A stretch of 64,000 nucleotides of DNA from Epiperipatus broadwayi. Lineage: Eukaryota > Animalia > Onychophora. Positions 52,242 through 62,291 of this stretch are shown here, piece by piece; the first letter of the stretch is position 1, and every line of letters starts with the position of its first letter. The stretch spans positions 14,756,001 through 14,820,000 of the forward strand of contig JAQFVV010000005.1 of assembly GCA_028023455.1 (NCBI GenBank). The letters are read 5' to 3'. The notes under the pieces are model-generated. The model had not been told where the DNA came from. It saw only the letters and a list, made by a program, of their open reading frames with translations, and ran no database searches. The position numbers and the translations under genes are program-made.

Positions 52242-52865
52242 AATTATTAAAAACGGATAATAATAAGAATTTAAATTATTGTTAGAACAAATGAATTTTG
52301 TAATTAAATTACTTATCTGTAATTTCTTAATATAGCATATTTTAATAGTAGGCAATTTTTAATTGTTCTGATCAACGATCTAAGTGATGTATACACATTC
52401 TGTTAAGATTCTATGCTCAAGCTCAGTATTGCCAATTTGATATGCAATTGACCAATGGAGGAGAAAACAACCATGAATAATCCAAGTCTTAGGTAACTCA
52501 CAGAAAGTATCAATAAGTGGTAAATCTTTAAATAGATCACTGCATAGCAAAGGGCTCTTCAAAAACCCTTCAGAGAAGAACAGAGCAAAAGATAGCATTT
52601 ATCAGACTTACTAATTGCTGGGTAATGAGATTTTTGAGAAGTATTTTGCCTTCATTTTACCTTTTAGTTATAAAGAGATAGAAATACCAGCCATGATCAT
52701 TAGCTAGAATAGCAATAACTATCTGTGTTAAACAAAATCCCACATCTGTTGAAATTCAGTTTCCTCAGTTCAGATTCAAACCTAAATCAAAGTTAAGCAG
52801 GAAATTGTGCTACTCTTTCGATACCAGGACTTTCAGTTGATAAGTAAAATATCATTCTTTAAATC

Positions 52866-53133
52866 ACATGACCACCACCTCTTATGCTTGTGTATAACTT
52901 GTTAAAACAGGCTAAACTCACTATACATATTGCCACACCCAGCAAGCTAGAATAATCAATGGATGCCATATCCAAGCCTCCTCACTGACGAAGACCACAA
53001 TCCAGAAACTAGTCTGGGGATATTGGAGGAGTAGGCACTAGATGGGGATTTTATGTGCAAGCCTTCTGGCATCCATTGATTACTCTAGCTTGCTGTGTGT
53101 GGAAATACGTATGGTGAGTTTTGCCTGTTTTAA
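52866..53133. mobile_element. H1 copy E: short inverted insertion with tail and TSD
   Basis: Minus arm 52866-52968 (tail at left), plus arm 52969-53133 with HHR at 52980-53019 (intact core CTGACGA/GAAAC/GTC, decayed stem II). TSD CATTCTTTAAATC at 52853-52865 and 53134-53146. Confidence 0.9.
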
Positions 53134-54248
53134 CATTCTTTAAATCTTAAGTATATTTTACTTAACATAATTATTATTAATAATATAGTTCGTTTTTTTA
53201 CCTACCCCCCCCCAGCTATTTTCATCTTTCTCAAGAGTTATCAATTGTAATTTTATGAAATTGATGGATACCAGATGGTATCGAGCCATGAAATTTCCAC
53301 TCCAGACTAATTCATTTTTCTTTAACAGTAAAAACAAAGATTTAAAGTGTGTTTATGTACCTAGCAGCCAATTTTTACTCTTCCGTGTTATTTATGTTAA
53401 TAGCCTGGAATTTTAAAAACTGTAAGGTTTTGAACCCAAGCTAATGTGCTTGCTTAGTTACATCAATCTGATGAAACCATCATTGATTAAGAAATAAATC
53501 AGAAAATGTTTTGGGAATGATATCCATTGATTATTCAAATTTTCTTGAAAATATATGAAAAATGTCATGCGAAATTGTTATTAATATATAAAGTACTTTT
53601 AAGAATTTTTTTTTAATATAAAATTTTGCTGGAAATAAAATCATTTAATTTTTTGAATTATTTAAAATTTTTAAAGCATTCTCTAGTATGTTTGTCTGAA
53701 AATTTATAATGACTATTTATTATCTGAAGTATATATTGGAATATTTCCATTAGTTAGTTTGTTTTGTTTTTGGAATAAATTCAAACTTTATTTATACTTT
53801 TCTATATACATTCAACTACTCAGTTTGGTATAAAAACACAACATTTTAAGTGATTTTCTCCTCTTTTCTTTATGGGTTGCTGACGCTACCAGTGACAGTA
53901 TTAGCATGAGAACTAAACCAGGAACTTTTAAATTCATTAGCACTGAATTTAAGATAATGCTCAAAGGTTGTCAGGGATCTTTAGATTCATGAAAACTTAA
54001 TTTAAAGTGATATTCTAAGTAATTAGGCTGTTCTGACAAAAGCTTTTGACAGAATAGTATAGTTGTTTGATCATCTTAAATTCAATATTCATAAATTTAA
54101 AATTATCCAGTTCAATTCCGTAGTAGTACACCAATTAGCCACCAGACGAACAATCGGAAGAAAAAAGGATAATAGAGTTGACAAAAATTATGTTGTGGAA
54201 ATGGGATAGAGCAGATTATGGGTAAATTTAGAGTGGGGAATGTAAAAG

Positions 54249-54340
54249 AAAGTGGCTAACAGGTTTATCTGAGCATAATTGCTGAGATATTCTTGACTTC
54301 GTTTAAGGAGAAGCCATAATACATCACATCACATCACATC
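54249..54340 (+). repeat. LINE/SINE 3' end with (ACATC)n tail, copy 1
   Basis: Matches 62217-62291; ends in (ACATC)4. Confidence 0.7.
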
Positions 54341-54785
54341 AATAATAACATTCTATACTAACTTGCGCGTTATTTTTATATAGTTGAATGTAATTGAAAA
54401 GTATAAAGGTTAATCTTTTTAATAACATTTAACAATTAAATTCAATTACAGAAATAGTTTAACATCTAACAACAAATATTTTGTAACGTTTTCAAATTAA
54501 TATTGTTAAATTTAAAGTGGCATTCTAAAAATGCCCAGTGATATTTGAGGTAATACTTTAATCAACTAAGACTATTATGATAAAGCTCTTTAATAATAGA
54601 GTAATTTGATTGTTTGGAACTTGTCAGGTCAGCAACACCTGAAGAAGAGAGAATAATATTATTCAAAGCATTAATTTCTATATTAACTTCTGTTATTATT
54701 AACAGTTGGATGCATTTGGAAAAGCATAAATAAAGTTTATATTAAAAAATCTTTAACAATTAAACTCAATGATGGGGATAGTTCG

Positions 54786-55654
54786 GTACTATGGTATTAG
54801 AGCTGCGACATGAAGAATTATAATCGTTTAATCATTAAATTAATTAGGTTATTAAATCAAAAACATATTTTAAAATCTACATTAAAAAAAAAACAATTAA
54901 AAAAAAAATACGAAAACCATTAATGTGAAGAAGAGTTAACATGCGTGTTTAAATCAAATTGAGTGTGTGTTTGCACATCCATATTCTGCATAATCTATTT
55001 TAATACATTGTACAGGCTTACATCTGCATTTATATATGTAATATATGCGGGATTCGAACTCAGACTTTCACACGACCTACAACTCTCAGTGTCATCTTAT
55101 ATTGCTGACTCATCTGATCACACACATGTTAAAAATATAAATAATCACCAATATACATATTTCGTACTAAACCAGCACTCGTCAGTTGGTTCAGATTACC
55201 ATCTCCACACATATATACAATTAGTACTCAGCTTTATATTAAGATAACCAATCTTCATACTTTAATGAGTGTTGGTTTAGCACGAAATACGTCTATTGAT
55301 GATTATCTATCTTTTCAACATGTGTGTGATTAGGTGAGTCAGAAATATAAGATGGCACTGAGAGTTGTAGGTCGTGTGAAAGTCTGAGTTCGAATCCCGC
55401 ATATATTACATATATAAATGCAGGTGTAAGCCTGTACAATGTATTAAAATAGATCATATGCACGTGCAAACACACAATTTGATTTAAACACGCATTTTAA
55501 CTATTCTTCATATTAATCCTTTCGTTTTTTTTTTGTTAATTTGTTGTTTTTTTTTAATGTAGATTTTAAAATATGTTTTTGATTTAATAACCTAATTAAT
55601 TTAATGATCAAAACGATTATAATTCTTCATGTCGCAGCTCTAATACCACAGTAC
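54786..55654. mobile_element. Large palindrome built from an H2-related unit plus ~300 nt of extra sequence
   Basis: Arms ~54786-55178 and 55263-55654. The inner part is homologous to 29890-29975 and 30840-30960. No TSD found. Confidence 0.8.
55147..55190 (-). ncRNA. Type I hammerhead ribozyme, family H2
   Basis: Reverse complement ACCAA CTGACGA GTGCT ggttt AGTAC GAAA TAT GTA ta TTGGT. The partner arm at 55262-55295 reads ...gagtgttggtttagcac GAAATAC GTC tattg. Confidence 0.68.
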
Positions 55655-58639
55655 ATATAACTGCAAATATTCCCAGAATTTTTAGATTAATACAATTTCT
55701 TTCCCCCATTAATTAATATACACACAACAAACAAAAAATATGGCCGAAATCATTAAGGCAATAAAAACATCTTCACATTTAGAAATCAGATTTTGAACAC
55801 CGCCCCTCTACATATGCGATTGGTTTTGGCACAAATCTTTCTCTTTTTTTCAAAGCAAATATTAAGTGAATAAAAGTTATTGAGTTAAAATTAATCATTC
55901 ACTGAATAAATGGATTTCTTGATTTTAATCAACTTTATTTATTGTTCTGAAATTATTATGCTTAATGTAACAATTAAAATAATTACATTGTATAATTTTT
56001 TCTTGTTTTGCTTTTTTATTTATATATTAAAGAATGCTGAATTATTAATATAAAAAACAAATAGTATTTATATGATGTGACAGGTATTTTCGCTGACATA
56101 ATAAAATCATGTGATAATAAAAGAATGTGTGACTAAATCAATAAAGTATCAATTTTTGTTTAGTACACATTTTTTTCATTTAATTAGAATATCATTTCGG
56201 TCATCGTTGTATATAACCTTAGAAAGAATCTGATATGTATGCATGATTGTTTAACAACAATAAGGAAGTCACGTGGATGTTAATAAGAGTAGTGGGGGGA
56301 ATAGTTTTACGATAAGGATTATATAAAAGAATTGCTTTGAACAAAATAATTACAAGTAGATAACACGAATAATAAACAAGTTTTACTAGTTGTATATATT
56401 TTAGATATTATAAGCTAGTAAAAATAATATGCTTTATTATATTAGGGATTTTTTTATTATTTACCTTCATAAAATATTTAAAATATGATGGTGCCGGAAT
56501 TTACGGAGAGGAGGAAGGATGGATTGGCCGATATAAAGTATGGTCAAAAGTTGCAGAAGTCTGATCAAACCAAACTTATAATTTCCAAATACTAAAAGAT
56601 TATACTATATGCCCATATGAAATAAAGCATATTATTTTTATTAGCTTATAATTTCTAAAATAGGAATTTAAAGTACTTTTATTCAATATTTATGTCATTT
56701 ATCGTTTGGATGTGACAACAGTGGTTTTGGCTGGTCTTTAGATTTCAAAATCGCTGTGAGTGCAAACCAAATTGGCAACCTATTTTTTTAAATTCATATT
56801 TTATACAACTTTAATTCTTTTTCTCTAAAAAACATCTATTTTCTTTTCTCACTATTCATAATTATGTAACTAATATTCTCTATCCATTTATCTCATTTCT
56901 TATCTATTAACTTTGCATATTATATAATTTTCATTGCACCAACATGTTTGTTGTCCTCTCTCTGTAATCCAGTTAAACCTTAATCTACTTTCAAAAACAA
57001 TGAATTATTTAAGGAGTGATGCATTCTCTGGTAATGAATAGAGCTAATAAAAATTAACCCTTTTGTAAAAATGTTATTTTTTAAATCTCCTTGAGGCATT
57101 TATTACTTTAGTGGTTGTCCACTCACCTTCATTGGTCATTTAATCAGATGCTAATACTGTAGACTGATTGTTTGTCAATCTGGTCAAAAATAAAATGTAT
57201 GTAATACTTTTTAAGTCTGGATAGTTTTATGTTTATTGTAATTTATAAACAACTAAAGCAATTCTATTTTTAGAAAGAAAAAAGGATGAAGAAAAAACGA
57301 TGAATAAAAAGTTTTAAAAAAAGATTGAAGTCAAAACTGCTGCATAATTACAGATGGAAATGTAGTTCAGTGAACACCCAATCTGCTAGTTAATATAGAG
57401 AAATAGCCAATGGTGTGAAAGACTTATAATAATTAAGATTTCTGAAAACTGTAAATCATAAGATATAAAAAAAATGAGAGAAACTAAAAGAATTGTCTCA
57501 CTAAAGATATACATAATTCAGAAGGGCATATAGCTGGACTGAAAATGATACATAAATTAACTACTCAAAGTTTAAATAAGAAAGATATATATTTAAGTTT
57601 TGTAGATGTTAACATTTTGCTCAATTTATTGTATGAAAGTGAAATGTGGATCTCTGTTAATATAGTATTATAATGTCTATTATTACAAAAATACATATTT
57701 ATCGAGTCAGTATATAAAGTAAATGGCGTAATAGATTTCCTACAAATAAATTTGGTACTTGACTATTAACTAAGCTATGACATACTACATGAAGGCATAC
57801 TATTCTGATTAGTAATGAAATTTGGAAAAATTAGTAATGAAATGTAAAAAAAATTAGTAATAAAATCAACAATAAATAGTAATTAGCAATAATTCCGCAA
57901 TCAAAATTTAAAATTAGAAAACAACAGATTAAAATTTCATAAAATGTAAAAAAAAAAGGTGGATGACACAATAAAAAAGACACCTCTTGCTTGAAAGACA
58001 ACAGCAGGTAAAATGACAGATATTTACCACAATTCACCGCAGTATTTCCAAAATCTCGAAGGTGACCACAAACCCACCTTCACCACTCCTATCGATTAGT
58101 CATGCCTATGTTTCAGTTACCATGCCATTGCTTTGGTTCATCGTCGATCATATCTACCGGTGGGTTGCGTAGTACATCATAACTTAGTTAATACTCAAGT
58201 ACCATAAATTTTATGATAAACTTAAGCATCATTTCTTGAATAATTATTTCTTTAAAAAAGGTGCAATATCCATTGATTTTCTTGGAGACATATGGTGAGA
58301 ACATATTATAATGGAGAGATAGAATTGGGCAAGGTCTTAAAGTGTTTCAAGAGAAATAATTTTTTCTGGAGAATAAATCAAAAGCCAGTACTGCAAATTA
58401 TCAAATAGCATACCAAAAGATCAGCATGTGACATATTTGGCCATTTTTGTATTTCACAAATTGGTTTGTTCATTTATTAGCCATTAAAATCTGAGCTTAT
58501 TTAGTTTTGTACTTCCTATATAAATTAGCCTGAATTTCAATATATGTATTATCTTTGTAGCAAATAAGTAGGAGGTTCTCTTTTACCTATATGGTTTCAT
58601 CTGACTTTGCATTTGTTTCACAGATGTCTGGGGAATCTT

Positions 58640-59440
58640 GAATGTGTGTAATTATCCATTTAAATCAATTTTAATTAGAAAGCACTTATCCTAGAACAAT
58701 TGCTCCAGGAAAAGAGTCAAAGTCAATGGACAGACTGACATATATATATATTAGTGTCAATACATCATTCATCTCAACTCCAATAGCACAATCATTCATT
58801 CACAAAAATTCAGATAAACATTTTTAATTATGCATGCATTACACAAACATTTCCTTGTTCATCAGATGAGCAAGAGATAAAAACATCTGTATTTAAGAAA
58901 GAAATGGGTAAGAGCAATGAGCCATGATTATTCATTTAAAATTATTAATAAATTATGAGGGAAAAAATATTGAAAAAATAGAATTGGATAAAAGGAAAGA
59001 AAAAAAAAGTATATATAGTATTTATAAGGTATCAAAAAATAATTTTTTAAAATTAAAAAGATAATGAATATAAATAGGAAATATGGAAAGGAATGCAATT
59101 TATTGTTGAAACCAGTATATAAAAGTGCAATTTAGGTACTATGATAAAGAAAACAAGAAATAGGAATGTTGAAAATATGAATGGTATTTATAGAATTAAG
59201 TATTTAGATTGTAAAAAAGATAATAGGAATGTGTCATATAGGTACAACAAAGAATAAAATAGGGACAAGATTGAAAAAATATTTAAGTTATAAAAATTCA
59301 CAGTAAGGAATTTGGATATATAGATTTTAAGATAAGAATGTTGGAAAACGTAAGATTATATAGAGAATGGTAAAAGAGAATTTATATATAAAAAAGAATA
59401 AATCTGTTCTGAATAGAATAAATTATATATTTTAAGTAAA
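58640..59440 (+). pseudogene. Penelope-like ORF remnant (RT thumb/linker + GIY-YIG)
   Basis: With frameshifts: CSSDEQEIKHL..HDYSFKII, NLGTMIKKTRNRNVENMN-GIYRIKYLDCKK (GIY at 59183), HIGTTKNKIGTRLKK (59235), ENLYIKKNKSVLN (59376-59414). Confidence 0.72.
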
Positions 59441-62216
59441 AAATAAATTTGTAGGTAAAGGTAGTTTTAAAGTAATTAAAAGATATAAAAGGAAAATATT
59501 TGTGATTTGTTTAAAAAAAGAAATGTATAGATAATAAGAAAAAAGTTTGGGGAGAAAAGACACCAAAGAAGCAAGTGTAGTGTATATATAATGTAGTATA
59601 TGTAAAAAAGATATATTGATAAATGAAAGGAAAATGTTATTGTTTTTTATGATAGGAATAGATGCATTTTTTATGTTTTTATTTTATTTTTAATTGTACA
59701 CCTGGGTCTCATTTTATGCGGATTATTTTAATGCGATTTTGAAGTTATGCAATTCATGTTTCTTAATATCTTTCATATTTCACTATTAAAATGGTCAGGG
59801 TTGTTGGAAGTTACTAGTCTTACTGTATCTGCCATACAGGGTTCCACCAGGCTATTGGAACCTGAAAAATTTATATAGTAGGCAGATACGTGCTGTTAAG
59901 ATCTAACTTTTACATATATATTTTATTCCGATTGTCAGCCCATGTCACTAGCTCATGGAGACTCAGAGATTTAATATAAAACTTGCTTAAAAGAAATATA
60001 TCAACATTTAAAAAAAAATGAAATAAGCCACTGCCAGTAATAACACACATACAAAAAAAAACATTTATTAATGCATATATATAAACATTTAAAATTGAGG
60101 AATAAAATTTACCTTGTTTATATTTTAATATTAATTTTTAAATTTAAATTATTCTTTTAAACAGTCCACACAAATGAATTTTAATAAGAGTTTGTTTTAA
60201 AATGTTGAGTATAGATACGCTACACGGATTCGTTCGAAAAAAAAAAATTCTATAGCCCTTATTTAACCTTAGGCCAAAAGTTCACAGTCAAACCAACACT
60301 AATCTATCTGATATATCGATGTATTCAATGCAGCATGAATATGACAGCACAATACCATACTGTCAGGAATGCACATCTGAACAGCATGGTTATAGAGAAG
60401 AAATTGTCTCTCATCCAGTACAGGAATGTTACATCTGTCTGGCAAGAAGAACAATAAAAAAAAACTCCATAGGAAGGGATTGCGATCCTTTTTGCCATTT
60501 TACTATCCAATTCCATAGGCTAAAGGAATGATCCAAGGAGCAGGGAATTTATCTGCTTTCGGTGGTCATTAAGAAATGGGACTTATTTTGCCCAAGTGTG
60601 GCATATATGTGATCCTGCACATGGCGGATCTTCATATTATATTTACTAATTACACCAATAAATCCAATACATTAACCCAATTTAACTGCAAAACAACTAA
60701 CCCAAGATTAACCCTCCCTTAAACTAACAAACTTAATGAATTTATATAGCTGTCCACACCCAGCCTAAATTTAAATACATTCTAATGATTTAATTAATAC
60801 ATATTAATACTAATAAAAAAATGGAAATGATTAAAATAGCAAACTTATGTAAAATAAATAATAATTAATTTAGAGTTCTATTCTTGGTCAGATAAGAGTC
60901 CATTTATTTATATTACTTTTTTTTTCAGATTGATTACTTATTTTCATTTACTCATTGCAAATTTTAAAAAAAAATCCTATTAGATAAGCAAAAAGAGTTT
61001 ATACTTTCCAGATTCTGCAGATTTAGAGGTCCATCTTCATGATCACTTAGTAGATTGTTTGTCCTTTTTTTTAAAAAAATGAACCCACTACTTTCCATTT
61101 CTTTTGGTCCATATACTGTCATAGGGAGGCCTCAGCTGGTTGTCAAGAAATTAAATCTATTGCAGACTTCTACATCGTGAAATCTGCAATACAGCTACAG
61201 TTCATATATAGCTTAATAGTCAGCATCTCAGACAACAACAACTTTTAATAATCATATTTTGGCTTTTATATTTTTATTAGCTTCTTATCAGCAAATTTTC
61301 GGATTCAACGAGCAAGACGTGACTAATCCTAGAGTCTCTTTTTGGGTCCGTGCTGTGGCTTGGTGCTTCCATTGGTCAAGCTAATTCGTTTTATTTTTTT
61401 ATCTAACCTTTTAAATTATTTTAAGTGCCCCAAGAGCTAGTTTACTTTAAAACAATCATTTAATTAGAAAAAAAAAAACCAATCATTTCCATTTTCTAAG
61501 ATTAAACATGATAGAAATAATTTACTTCTATTTTAAAAAATATCAATCTTTACTTTTTTTACAAAAAAAATACTTTCAAATACTTTTATTTTTATTTTAA
61601 AAAGAAAAAATACTTTTAAAGTTTTTCATCTGTGCGAATATATATACGTTAAACAACTTTTAATTTTCAGTTTTTAAGTTGTTTTTTCTTTTTAATAAAT
61701 CAATTTTTATTTACGATCTTTTTATTTTAATTTTAAATTAATGTAACTGCATATTGTACACCATTACACTATATTTATTAGATATCAAGAAATTTAAATT
61801 ATTAATAACTTATTTTGACTTAAAATTTATTTATTTATTTATTTTTTCAAAAATATAACGTTATATTAGCAGCTAATGTGAATATGGCCTGAAGCTGTAT
61901 TTAGAACTTAGCTTCTATGTAAATAACCTATTTATACTAATGAGTAAATAATAATAATAGATTTATACTTACATATAAAAATCTCACAATAAATATTCAA
62001 AAAATTTAAACTTTTAAAACGTATTTTGTTATATATAACAGAAATAAATAAACTTTTACATTTTTAAAATAAAAAACAAAGATTTTATAAAGTGAAAATC
62101 TTTCTAATGATAATGTAAAATTGCAATCTCATTTTTTTAATATAGAAACAGAAAACCATTAACACAGCATAAGACTGAAAGTGGCACTAGTTGTACATCA
62201 CATCATGAATAAAAAT

Positions 62217-62291
62217 AAAGTGGCTAACAGGTTTCTCTGGGCATAATTGCTGAGAGATTGTAAGGAGAAGCCACAATACATCACATCACAT
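62217..62291 (+). repeat. LINE/SINE 3' end with (ACATC)n tail, copy 2
   Basis: Matches 54249-54340. Confidence 0.7.
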
